A stretch of DNA of 62,870 nt, filler included, from Collodictyon triciliatum (taxonomy: Eukaryota), in assembly GCA_043381765.1 (NCBI GenBank). It is 12 parts of 12 records of this genome, joined end to end, with 100 filler letters (N's around TTAATTAATTAA, not from the genome) between each part and the next. Parts side by side here need not be neighbours in the genome. Positions count along the whole stretch, not along the records: positions 1 to 3,359 come from JBHJMP010005046.1; positions 3,460 to 9,112 come from JBHJMP010005047.1; positions 9,213 to 14,862 come from JBHJMP010005048.1; 9 more parts are not named here. The stretch is one strand, 5' to 3'. The position numbers and the translations under genes are program-made. Below the pieces are notes generated by a model, which saw only the letters and a list, made by a program, of their open reading frames with translations, did not search any database and was not told the DNA's origin. Of the stretch, positions 1 to 12,039 are shown one piece after another. Positions within the stretch are counted from its first letter, which is position 1, and each line of letters begins with the position of its first letter.

Positions 1-8
1 TNNNNNNN

Positions 9-170
9 GTTTTTTATGGTTTTTTATGGTTTTTTATGGTTTTTTATGGTTTTTTATGGTTTTTTATGGTTTTTTATGGTTTTTTATTTTTTTGTTTATT
101 TTTTTTTGTTTTTTTTGTTTTTTTTGTTTTTTTTGTTTTTTTTGTTTTTTTTATGGTTTTTTTTTGTTTT
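9..170. repeat. Simple repeat (GGTTTTTTAT-type, about 10-bp unit) at contig end
   Basis: Direct reading; a similar repeat opens the next contig at 3460-3545. Confidence 0.9.
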
Positions 171-259
171 TGTTGCATCTAAATGAACAGAAGCGGCAAT
201 TGTGATCCACCACGGCAGAATCAGACATTTTCACTGACAGAAGGGACGCGCGGAGAGTC

Positions 260-3200
260 ATGAACACCGCCCTGCTTGGCAGCCCCGAAGAGGTTTGGCC
301 CTTCTTGCCCATTCTTTCTACCCACCACAACTGACTCGGACTATCGGGGCCAGTGCCTCGCCTGGCTGAACAAGGAGCTGCTGCCTCTCGGAGGCCAAAT
401 CAGCTACCTCGGCAAGGACTTGGTGGACGGCATCGTTATCCTTGTTCTTCTAAGGGCCTGGAACGTCGGTGACGTGAAGCATTTCTACAAACGCAAGGCC
501 GGGTGGGATTCCCATCAGCAACTCATCAGCTCTCTATCCTATGAATTCCGATGTGTCTCTTTATTCGTCGATATTCTCAGTTTCCCAGTTTCCCTTCTTT
601 TTCTTTCTCTTGTGGCATACCTTTGTGTTTAACTCTCTTGCCATTCAGGGTCATCTCGGAGATTGAGGCCACGGAGAATCGTAAGATGGTGTGTGGCATT
701 TTGAACAAGGAGGGCGTTAAGCTTGGGGTCAGAACAGTATTCACAAAAGAAAGTAGCTATGAAGTTTCCTCTCCATTGTATTTAATTGTATTTTGAATTG
801 TATTTTGAATTGTATTTTGAATTGTATTTTGAATTGTATTTTGAATTGTATTTTGAATTGTATTTTGAATTGTATTTTGAATTGTGTTTTGAATTGTATT
901 TTGAATTGCCTTAAACTATCTTTCATTATCCTTTTATACTTATTTACTTTGTTATGCGTGATAATGGTCGTTTTTTTGGGCTGTTCTCAGCGGTTTTTAA
1001 GGAATATCTACTTGACGCCATAAGAACGTTGTACATTATCCGACAATCCATCGCGCAGGACGGCCAGAGAAACCCCCATATTTATCTAAATCAAACACGA
1101 ACGATACGACTTCCTGTTGATTACATCACAAAGAAACCTGCCAAAGTAAACCAGAACTCAAAATATGCCGACGAGAAAATAGCATGGAAAATCACACAGG
1201 AGTCAAGAGTTCTCAGGATATATTTTTCGTCAACATTTGAGGATATGCATTTGGAAAGGACAGAGATTTTTAACGTGGCAGAAAAGAGGTTTGAATTCGT
1301 CTCCAAACTCAATTGAATTTGTAGTCGATATAAAAGCAAGAGAACGCTTGAAAAAAAAAAGACTGAAAAGCATTATGAACGGATAAAAGTACCATCCCTA
1401 AAAAAAAAAAAAAATACATTCCTGACTAACTTGCATTTCATTGATTGAAGGCTCAAATATCTCGCCAACCAAAAAGGAATTGAACTCATCCTGATCGACC
1501 TTCGCTGGAGTAACAACGGAGAAGTTGCACAAAACGGCCTGGTTTTTTTTTAAAATTTTGTTAACTTTCTTATAATGCGCTGTACTATTTTACACTTTGA
1601 ATCTCATAAATGGGGGAAAACTTTTCTCATGAGGTATTATGTTTCCACACAACAATATCACTAAGCTCAAGAACACTTTGACTAAAATATCATCTTTCAA
1701 GTTTAACCTTTCAAACTCACTCTTCTTCAAAGACCCTCCATGATTGCCTTTCAGTGGCGAACCATTGCCCCTACTTTGTTTGCGCCTTGGGTTCAAGATA
1801 TGGAAAATCCATAAACACTCTGAACACAGAAGAGTGGGATCAGACGGCCCACGCTGATTTTCCATACCTAAGAGGTTCCTCTGGATTGAGTGCTCTGGAC
1901 TATGAGGTTGTAACATATCGTCGTATAAATTCAATTTTCTCAAATATCAGCAAACTCCCAGTGTAGATGGCTTGATGATCTTTATTTTGCGTAACCAATG
2001 TGCGCATCTGCTTTTATTTTCAGATTACGCATGCATCTCTAAAGGATCATCCTGTTGCTCGTCGGTCTTTTTTCTTCTCTCGAGACGAAAACTACGCCGT
2101 CAAGTGTCTCGCCCAAACTCGCCATGACCGTGATTTATATCAACCAAGCAGTGAAAAGAATGTAACGTAGTGATTCACATACTATTCTATTTCAAAATAA
2201 GTGAAATCAAACTAGTTTTAGTAAACTAACGGAAGTGTGTTGCAGAGGAAAAAACTAGAGCACCTGAAATCTAAAATCAGGGCGTCCTACGAAATACAGC
2301 CGTATAATACACCTCTCGAGTTGTGCGAGATGGTTGTGGATAATCTTATCAAAGCCATCGATTTTGATTTTCCTGATATTGCTGTAATGTCTCCATACAC
2401 CATTTACACATGGTTCAAGTTTTTTATATTTAGATTGTACAAAACAAATATCTCGATAAATCCACCATTCTTGAAGATTCATTACAAATGCGAATCTAGG
2501 CAGCAGACTTTGACGACTTTGCGCATGAGCAAATGATGAGGCGGTATTCCTTGGCGTTCAAACTTCAGAGAGAAATAATCCCTGAAATTCATAACAAGAT
2601 TACCGAGCAACGAAAAAGTGGTATTTGTGAAACAATTGTTTTGAGAGGTGAGTCTGGTTGTGGAAAATCAACTATGATCGGAGGGCTTACAAATCATTTG
2701 ATTGAGAAAGAAGGACCTCACTCAATCGTTATACACCACTTCGTTGGATGCTCCTACCTTAGTAAGCACGTGGAAAAGTAGGGCCATTTTTTGTGCATGG
2801 CATATTTTGATTTTCCACCGTTTATTATTCAATTAACATCTTTCAACGCTCAACATAACTTAGTCTCTGCAAAAGAGTGACATGTGTGCTTTACCAAAAG
2901 AGGATTATTCCTTTCACCCCTGAGTCTAAGGAAGGTTAGTTTGATCTCAAATTATGTAGTAACTGAACAATGTAACTTGAATTTTTTTATTTAATTTATA
3001 CCTTTTTGTGAACAAATAAAAAAAAACATATGATATTTTAAGGTCTCGATGCGATTGCTGCAGGGCTTGCTCATATTCTAAGAATCGCCTCTCAAAGAAC
3101 GTAAGGCTTTCCTTCATAGAAAAATAGTTTATTGTGAAACTTTTGATGAACCTTGTTTAATTTATTAGATTTTTGTTATTTTTCAAAAGCGTCTATCCGC

Positions 3201-3359
3201 GGCAATAACTTGTCCTATAATATCTTGAAATAGTTTATCCACACTGCATGAATAAACATTCTTACTTGATGTAGCCGCAAATTGATTGTGCTGTTCATCG
3301 ATAACCTGGATGATTTCAAAGTCTCGCCCAGCTACCCTGATGTTTACCGGCTAAACTGG
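260..3359 (+). CDS. Multi-exon, 3'-partial protein: calponin-homology-like domain + DUF4062 + NACHT/STAND NTPase (NPHP3/TEP1/NWD-type module)
   Basis: Spliced translation: CLAWLNKELLPLGGQISYLGKDLVDGIVILVLL (CH-like); RIYFSSTFEDMHLER, LIDLRW and YFVCALGSRYG (DUF4062); LRGESGCGKST (Walker A); IHHFVG; VLFIDNLDD (Walker B). GT-AG introns keep the frame; the CH-to-DUF4062 junction is less certain. Confidence 0.8.
787..908. repeat. Intronic 12-bp tandem repeat (TGTATTTTGAAT)n
   Basis: About 10 copies; the source of the spurious CILN/FKIQ ORFs. Confidence 0.95.
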
Positions 3360-3459
3360 NNNNNNNNNNNNNNNNNNNNNNNNNNNNNNNNNNNNNNNNN
3401 NNNTTAATTAATTAANNNNNNNNNNNNNNNNNNNNNNNNNNNNNNNNNNNNNNNNNNNN
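3360..3459. other. Artificial contig linker N44-TTAATTAATTAA-N44 (stops in all six frames); repeated at 9113, 14863, 20612, 26364, 32113, 37855, 43596, 49335, 55075 and 60813
   Basis: Identical 100-nt cassette about every 5.75 kb; contigs of near-equal length suggest size-sorted concatenation. Confidence 0.97.
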
Positions 3460-3655
3460 TTTGGTTTTTTATGGTTTTTTTTGGTTTTTTTTGGTTTTTT
3501 ATGGTTTTTTATGGTTTTTTATGGTTTTTTATGGTTTTTTTTTTTGCTAAATTTTTCCAATGGATATAATTACCAATTTTCTTATATGATGAGGGTTTTG
3601 TAATTTACTATTGATTCGAAGTGTTAAATTTAATATCACTTTGTGCAAAATTTCA

Positions 3656-4950
3656 GCCGAATTTCAAAAACTGGATGCAAAGTTTCAGGAAACACATATT
3701 AGTATGTTTTTTTCACACCATAGTTAGAACAACTGAAGTTCTTTACTATTTTTCTTTGTGGAGCACATACGAAGAGGCAAAAAAAAAAAAGGTTTCATAT
3801 GCCACTGTCGTGATTTAAATCTCCATACCAACAGAGGGAGCGATTGACAGAGATACATATGCCACATTTGTTGTTATTGACCGAGATGATGATGATGGGT
3901 CATTTGCGAGTGGTACGAGTTTGATAATTTATTCTCTAATCAGTCGATTGAAGTCAATTACTCTTTACCGATCTATATCATATAGCATACCTTCATTCCC
4001 AGATTCTCCCCATGTTCTTTTACTTTTACATAACAGCAACATTGAGGCAGCGCAAACATGCATTCCAGTCGAGACTGTGCTTTCCATGGCAGACTGCCGC
4101 ATTTTCAGGTCGTATCGAGGATACAACCACTGTAGATATTTGTTTATTTGACGAGAGAGGGTAAATTTTACTTATTTTCAAATCGTCACGCTTCATATCC
4201 TTTGAAGAAAAAAAATGACAAAATGACGAAATGTGCAGAATTTGTGTCCTATGCCCGTTACATGCAATCGAACAACCCCAGTGTTTGAACCTCGGTTCTA
4301 AGATTTTTATGATAATCATATACGCATCCATTAAAAAAATCATACGGACTTTATCATTCTCTCCATTAGCAAGCCGATTGTTCTCATGAGTCAGATAGTA
4401 CCTGTTGTTGCCATCGACAAGGAACCATCCAATATGTTGGGTATATCAATTCCAAACCAGAAAAATATTAACAGAATAGACATTTTCAAGGATTTTCACA
4501 TATATCTCTGGGTTTTTTTGTTGGATTTTGTTTAGTTCTTTCCGTAACAAAGATTTTTTTTTTTTTTTTACATGGGCTCTCTCATCAGTAACAACGTTTG
4601 ATTCTATAGGTTCGTCCACCGGCGACGGGAGCAGTCATATCCGAGAGCAAAGTGAGGGGCAGGTAGCTGTCCTTCGATTGGAAGCCGATGATGACTGCAT
4701 CTACTCTGGCTCCCATCTATTCCCATCCCACGGTCGTCGCTCTCCTCAGCCGCATTCTCGCAAAGCTAACCCGCTCGCTTCGTTTCGATTCGAATTGCTT
4801 CGTTTGGCTGCAAAATCCAGCTTCTCATCTCCTACCAAGCGAGAGCCCGAGGAAACAGACATGAACCTTGTCCTAGATGTTCGCTTCTGGCTCTCCTACA
4901 GGCTAATCGATGCCTGGCATGGTACATCATATGCACCACAGGCTCTTTGA
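3656..4950 (+). CDS. 3' exons of a hypothetical protein (exon phases uncertain)
   Basis: GC-richer blocks bounded by AG/GT near 3656-3701, 3835-3912, 4037-4131, 4370-4440 and 4610-4950; no recognised motif. Confidence 0.35.
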
Positions 4951-5986
4951 TTCGCCGCACTACTCATGTGGAGCCCCAATTGATCTCAAAAAGGATTATA
5001 AACATAAATCCACGCACAGAAAGAAAAAAAGAAGCGCATGTAAAGCCGACCTTCAAGCTGAACCACTCCTCCCTTCTCCAGAGTTATATATTCCACATTC
5101 GCATCCACCGCATTGGTCGCACCATTCCACTGTTGGAAGCATGTCAAGAGTTTCCAAATAGGTGTAAATGTTTCTTCAAAGGGCTATCTATATCAGGAAT
5201 CAAATTCCATATATTCCACACTTGGCTGTGAGTTGACCCGTTTTGTTACACAGAAATAGAATAATAGTTCAACAAAAAACGAATAGCCAAATATGCAGAT
5301 GACGATATTTTATAAAAATACCCAACTACATATATGGGTCTGCGCACGACACACCGAAAGCGGCACAAGATACAATTTTAGGCGACTAAACAGGCATTCA
5401 TTGCAAAATAGGAAGCTTCAGAAATCCGCTGCAAGAAAAAAAATTTCGCTGCATCGCCAAAAAACACATCCAACAAAATTCAAATTTCAAATTTCATGCA
5501 AATGGAAGAAAAGTTGGGAAAAGCATTTGAAAATTTTGGGTTCAAGCCTTTTTTTTTTCTTTCTTTCTCAGCCTTTATTTTGGCGTGGTTTGAATCCTGC
5601 ACCCTCTTTTGGGTTGCCCATTAATCAAAATTGAAAGACCAATGGAAAAGTGGCAGCCAAAAAAAAAGAGAGAGAGATTACTTAAGCAGATTTATTCCAT
5701 CAGCGATTTCTCTTTCTTTCTCTTTCCACAATAGCCTCGGTTCGCTCTGTTAATCAAGCAAGAATATTATTCAGGATTGTTTGGTGCAGAAAGTGTGGGT
5801 TCTCATTTTGCGAACCAACGAGTATCATTTCTCAGCCGCCGAACAAGCTCGTAGGGATGAACTCGTCTGAGGAAAAGAGCGGGCCATTCGAATCATTCAC
5901 AGCCGCTCACACTCTCTAAAGAGCGCTTTTCATTAGACTCGTAAGGAACCGTCTTGGAGGTTTGTTGTCTGCTGCCTGCTTCTGCG

Positions 5987-6496
5987 ATGGACTTTTGCCC
6001 GATATGCCGTGTGGCCTTGGCTGATCAGTCGCGACTCCCCTGCGTTCATCTCGTTATGGGCTCGCTCGATCTCTCAAGGACAACTTTCCCGCAGATGACT
6101 TTCCCGCAGATGACTTATCCACAGGCGATTTTCCCGCAGATGACTTACCTGCCTGTCATCGACAAGGATCCAACAACGTCAGAGAGCCGCAAAGACTCAG
6201 CCAAGGACAAGGAGAAAGGCAAAGGCCAGGACAATCGGAAAGCGACGGGGAAGGCAAAGAGAAAAGAAGGCGCGTATCGCAAGCGGATTAATGCATATTT
6301 GGCGTACACACTGGCCAATCGCAAGCGGGTGCGACAAGCAGATCCGTTCATGCAGGAGGCAGAGTTGCTGAGAATCATTTCTGGCGAGTGGAGGCAGTTG
6401 ACTCTGGAGCAAAAGACATTCTATCGGCATATGGCGGACGATATGAACGCTGCACGTTCAGGAAATGCGTCCTCTCCCTCTCCAATTGCAAAGTGA
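5987..6496 (+). CDS. Intronless HMG-box protein with an N-terminal half-RING-like motif
   Basis: RKRINAYLAYTLANRKRVRQADPFMQEAELLRIISGEWRQLTLEQKTFYRHMA is an HMG box; the N-terminus reads CPICRVALADQSRLPCVH. Confidence 0.85.
   Translation: MDFCPICRVALADQSRLPCVHLVMGSLDLSRTTFPQMTFPQMTYPQAIFPQMTYLPVIDKDPTTSESRKDSAKDKEKGKGQDNRKATGKAKRKEGAYRKRINAYLAYTLANRKRVRQADPFMQEAELLRIISGEWRQLTLEQKTFYRHMADDMNAARSGNASSPSPIAK
6083..6151 (+). repeat. Coding 15-nt tandem repeat (TFPQM-like) x about 4.5
   Basis: ACTTTCCCGCAGATG units, translating as TFPQMTFPQMTYPQAIFPQMTY. Confidence 0.9.
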
Positions 6497-7349
6497 TATG
6501 CTCTTCATTTCGCCCATGTTTTGTTTTTCTTTTTACTTTCTATCGCCATTAATTCGAATACCTGCTTTGCCAACCCACCCCTTGTTGACCCGGCATCACT
6601 GAATTCTCTTGGTTACTCTTTTTTTCTTCTTTTTCTATTTTATTCTCTTGTTTTAGTTTTAATTCATAGCCCGTCTTGTTTAAGATCGGGGTGTGGTTTC
6701 ATAAAGTTCACTATGATTTGATGAAGAAGTAAATAGCTGAAGAGAAATGAATTGAATTGTCCATTAGTGCTTGTTACTGTGGTTTATCTAGATGGATACA
6801 TCATCACAAACAGCAGGGATTAGTTTGACCATTATTTATGATGCAAACGCGAAGTGAATCCAATGATTATCGCTCGTCTGTGTTAAGAAATCTTTTGATT
6901 CGAAACTCGATCGGTTGTTTGCCAGAGAACTGACGGTAAGACAGGACCAAATAGAGATACATGTGAATTATTTTAATTTTATTTTATTTTTTTGTACTTT
7001 TACTATTTCGCTCATTTATCTGACCGAATATCGGAAATCACACAACTTATACATTTCACTCGCATCTGACCGGTGATTCATATGTTTAGCTCTACCTCAT
7101 AGAAAAAAATGCATTTTTTTTTTTGTTTTCTCTCTATAGTCATTCTTTTGGATGGATGGTTTGTTGTTGTTATGGTTGCCAATATTTACTTTTTTTTGAT
7201 TCCAAAATTTCATTTTCTTGTATAAAGATTATTTTTTTTATTATTATTATTGCGGCCCATCATCTCTTTCATGATGCCTTCATTTGTCTCGTTCTCGTCT
7301 CATGACCAAAGCGTTTGGTTGTGAGAATCATCCTGTCCCCTGTCACCTT

Positions 7350-7586
7350 TCACAAAAGACACCTGGCGAGATTCTGTATAAGCTTGTCTTGAATGCTGAT
7401 TTGCTCCATCAACTACAGTTCGTGTTTAAAAAAAAAAAGGTAAGGTAAATATGACAGTGTTTTTTTTTTCAAAATGATAACAAAGACAATCTAGTTTATT
7501 AAGAAGAAAAAAAGAGTATAGTATTAAATGGGGAAAAAGTTAAAAATATATCCGTATGTGTGAAAAAAGTATCCTTATTTATATAT

Positions 7587-7618
<32 letters not shown>

Positions 7619-7970
7619 GGAATGAATGAATGGATCAATGAATGATTGTAAAGTAACCGAATCTAAGGCAAGCATTCCATACCTTGATTTGCTGGCTTTC
7701 CAGCTTTTTGACACGCCCAGTAATGTCAGAGAATCGCTCGCCTGCTTTTATGGCCATTAAAAATGAGTTTCTAGACTTGTGCGATACACGCATGAATGAC
7801 CCGTGTTTTTTCGGTGTTGTTTGGCGCAGAAAAGGCGGTCGGTACGAATGTGATGTCGATGCTCTGCTTTCTATTGTAGTTGCGTTTATGCTGGAGTAAC
7901 TGTTCGTCGGGATAATGTCTAGTGAACGGTTTGTTGTCAAAGGTATTGCTATTGCTATTGATACGTCAAT
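7350..7970 (-). CDS. Last two exons of a hypothetical protein with a C-terminal coiled coil
   Basis: ...DITGRVKKLESQQIK|gtatgg...ctgtag|LMEQISIQDKLIQNLARCLL*; phase-0 splice. Confidence 0.55.
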
Positions 7971-8686
7971 CTCGAAAGTAAGAAATCATGATGTCCATAC
8001 GCCTTGAAGTCAAGTAGAAAAGAAGATAATATGAAAAGAGGAATTCTTTGAAAGTTTAACATATATGTTATCTTATCTTATATGTTTTGGTTTTTGATTA
8101 ATAAAATGATATGGAGTGGCTACTGTCATCAAATTCATCCACATTATGCTTTTCGTCAGTACAGTATGCCAAGATGTAATGGATTTTTTGAAGCCTCTTC
8201 CCAAAGAGCCTGTGTGATGATGCACCCAATAGTACGAAAAACCAAACACAATCAGTCGTGCATTTATAATATTTTGTCGGGATTATTGTGGATATGAATA
8301 CGCTCCGTATCTCTCTTTTGTATCATTTTCAATCAAACGGGATGCAATATTTCATGATCATATGTGATTGTATATGTCAAGTATAAAAGAAAATGATTGG
8401 AAGTTATGGCTGGTTTTTGTTTTGTTTTTTGTTTTGTTTTTTGTTCGTTTTTTTTGTTCGTTTTTTTTTTTGTTTTGTTTTGNNNNNNNNNNNNNNNNNN
8501 NNNNNNNNNNNNNNNNNNNNNNNNNNNNNNNNNNNNNNNNNNNNNNNNNNNNNNNNNNNNNNNNNNNNNNNNNNNNNNNNNNNNNNNNNNNNNNNNNNNN
8601 NNNNNNNNNNNNNNNNNNNNNNNNNNNNNNNNNNNNNNNNNNNNNNNNNNNNNNNNNNNNNNNNNNNNNNNNNNNNNNNNNNNNNN

Positions 8687-9034
8687 TGCGGCCCATCATC
8701 TCTTTCATGATGCCTTCATTTGTCTCGTTCTCGTCTCATGACAAAAGCGTTTGGTTGTGAGAATCATCCTGTCCCCTGTCACCTTTCACAAAAGACACCT
8801 GGCGAGATTCTGTATAAGCTTGTCTTGAATGCTGATTTGCTTCATCAACTACAGTTCGTGTCAAAAAAAGGTAAGGTAAGGTAAATAAGACAGTGTTTTT
8901 TTAAAAAGATAACAAAGACAATCTTATTTATTAAGAAGAAAAAAAGAGGATAGTAATAAATGGGGAAAAAGTTAAAAATATATCCGTATGTGTGAAAGAA
9001 ATATCCTTATTTATTTATTTATTTATTTGTGTAT

Positions 9035-9050
<16 letters not shown>
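8687..9050. repeat. Near-identical second copy of 7251-7617 (terminal exon plus flanking intron)
   Basis: Direct repeat with a few substitutions and small indels; begins at the edge of an N gap. Confidence 0.9.
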
Positions 9051-9109
<59 letters not shown>

Positions 9110-12039
9110 TTTNNNNNNNNNNNNNNNNNNNNNNNNNNNNNNNNNNNNNNNNNNNNTTAATTAATTAANNNNNNNNNNNNNNNNNNNNNNNNNNNNNNNN
9201 NNNNNNNNNNNNCTTTTTTATTCTTTTTTATTCTTTTTTATTCTTTTTTATTCTTTTTTATTCTTTTTTATTCTTTTTTATTCTTTTTTATTCTTTTTTA
9301 TTCTTTTTTATCTCTACTTTCCGCTTGTGCAAGACGGGGATTCTCGATCTATTCCCCCTCAGTTGATTTGTTTTGTGGTTCTTGAGCGCTACGTTTGTGT
9401 CCAAATTCAAAACCCCAAACCAAACAATTTGTTTGGTGGGAAAGATGAACACGCCATTGACAACTACCACCAGACTTCAATGCCAATTAGCAAGCAGAAG
9501 TTCTTTACATGATTTCAACAACCAAAGGGAAGAGCGAGCTGCATGAAACTCTACCACGCAAGTAGGAGTACGAACCGGGAATCTGCCAACAAGCAGGGTT
9601 TATGACGAAGGGCAGCGAGATACACACCACACAGGATAATTCATGCGTTAGCATCTCTTGCAAGGAGGATACTAAAAGGACTTAGGTGCATTAAGGTGAA
9701 GTTGAAGATATGGTGAGGGGCAAGAACGACGCCCTTGAAATCATCAGCTCCTGGACAAAAGAAAGAACCTGCTCGAGATTCGTGTACAAGTGCCACGCTA
9801 TCCCACAAGGTGCGTGTGTAAAAGGCAGACTACAGATAATTACAATATCTCTTTTCATCTTCCTTTATGTGTTATTGATATTACTTTAATCACACCTTCG
9901 AAGAGAGATGTGGGAATGTGCCGAAATTGATGAGAGGATGCTGGCTGAAGCTCATAGCATCTAGAAAGGCCATCCAGAAGGGCATCGAGATGACATGCCT
10001 AACCAAGTTTTGTTGAGTGGCACAGCCAGTAAACTTTTTTGGTAATTTATTTACTATTAAAAAAAAACATCTATTTTGGAAATTTCATTGTGAACCTGAA
10101 GAAATTGTCTTAAACATCTTCACGAGAGCTTATCCAAAAACGTCTCGCCTTACGTGCCATTCTGTGTATTTGCACTATCCAGGGTTATTTCCACGAATAA
10201 CGTACTGACCAAGGCCCAAATTCGCCCATTGCTCTGCACAAGCCACATGCGCCGCCAAAACACTCGCGAAACGAGCGGTTCGGTGGCAGATGAATCAGCC
10301 TGGGCGCGAAAAGCGGCCCCGATTCCCTCGTCCTTCCTCAACTACGGTCATCCGGGCTCTGGTCTTCGCCCGAGCGGAGTAGGTGGTGTGAGGATAAATG
10401 CAATAAGGCCGGGAAGAGAGAGACCTGACAGAGTTCTGTGGGGCACTGAGTCACTCATGGACATTGGGGCCACGCGGTGGAACGTTAGTCAGGCCCATAG
10501 TCAAGAGGCGGGGACACCTTTAGGTGTTGCATTGGAAAGGCAGGATGTTTGTTGGCTTTAGAGTCTGGCCGACCAGCTCCGGTTGTTTATTCACTCCGGC
10601 AGGGACTCTGCTTTGCAGAATCAGTGCCTTCATCGGAAGAGCTCGTTCGGCTTCAGACATGTTTTTCCTTTTTCAAGGGGTGGCTGCCTAGTCCCGCCTG
10701 GCCTCTGCCACATCCAGCGGGAATGTGGGGCTGGGCATAATCAAGGGAGGATTATTAGAAGTACAGCTGCAACTGCGGGACGCAGAGGATATATACTGCA
10801 GAGGCGACGCTTAAGGCAGCGGCAGATTCCAGTTGGTGCCGGGTTGACAGGCGCCCGAGTGGAGGCTGCAAGTCTGGGCCCCATTCATTCTGTCTTGACT
10901 CCGGACGGAGAATCCAATCAGCCGAGTTTGCTTTCGGGGAAGGAGTCTCGGTTGAGGTTCGATCCGGCCTGAGGGACTGGGCGAATGCATGCGGCAAAGA
11001 CGCTGGCTCAGTTGGGGTGAGCTTTGCCGCGCGGCGATAACCCGTGGGATAGGCTTAAGAGGCAGCCGCTTATTTGGAGCGCTGTCTCATCTTCCTTCTC
11101 TTGCGTTTGAGGCGTCTCTGCCTCTTCTTTCTCCACTGTGTTCGCCAATTCAGTCGGTTAGTTTGGGTCGGTGTACCTTTAGTGTGTTTCTCGTGGTCTT
11201 GTGTTGTCTCTAGGCAAACATTGGGATATATTGTGTATGCTTTGGGCTGTTCTAACTGTATACGTGGAGATGTGAAACAGACGTACCTTGGCTCTCATGG
11301 TGTAGTCGCGGGTTTGTGATAGTTCATGAGTTTGCTGAGAAGACTATGGATGAAAGACAGAAGTCATTATATTTCATGAGCATGTTCCAGAATTGGGTGG
11401 TGTGGTCTATGCAGGATGAAGGTCATAGGCTGGTGAGACGAATGCTCATACGAGCTTATTACGAAAGGCAACAAGTGTACCTAGTTCCATACGAGTTGAT
11501 TTTCTTATCATTCCCTATACACATCTTTATAACTTATTCATAAATATCATATATTTTAGAATTAATACGAAATTTAATAGTATTAAAAATTAAATAATTA
11601 TAAATTCCAAAAAATAAAAAACGTATTTCCATTTGCGGCACACAGGCGGATTTTTGTCCTCTGCTTCGTTTCGTTGGATTGATCCGATCGAAAACAGGCT
11701 GTGATGAAAGATAGCGCTCCAGGCGGAGAGAAAAAGATCCAGTGAGGGTTACCTTTTTTTTTTTTATTACCTTTTTGTAACTCTTCTTTAGCGCTATATA
11801 CATGTAATACCAAAATCACCGACTGGGCGGCTCACTCACCCTCATTATCCCGTTTTGCTGCTTCCTAACCCAACTTCTTATGTGCGCCATATAAGGATTT
11901 GAGTTGTTTGGATCTGAGCTTTTAGTTTCTCTTTAATTACAGAGTCCTCTTGTCAGAAATCATCCTTTTTCAATTCAAATGTTATGACTACACTTAGAAC
12001 CCCGAATAGCAGAAATCCGCCGATCCAGACTTTGGCCGA

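Noticed and set aside
9..90. Telomeric repeat
   Set aside because: T/G-rich strand at the 5' end is the wrong orientation, it is degenerate, and it resembles the other internal microsatellites.
9440..9720. In-frame TGA codons suggesting recoding
   Set aside because: Intact genes use TGG for conserved Trp and end in TGA, TAA or TAG; decay is simpler.
10950..11030. B-box-like GGTTCGATCC followed by a D-arm-like TGGCTCAGTTGGGGTGAGC (permuted tRNA?)
   Set aside because: The T-stem does not pair and there is no 7-nt anticodon loop or acceptor stem.
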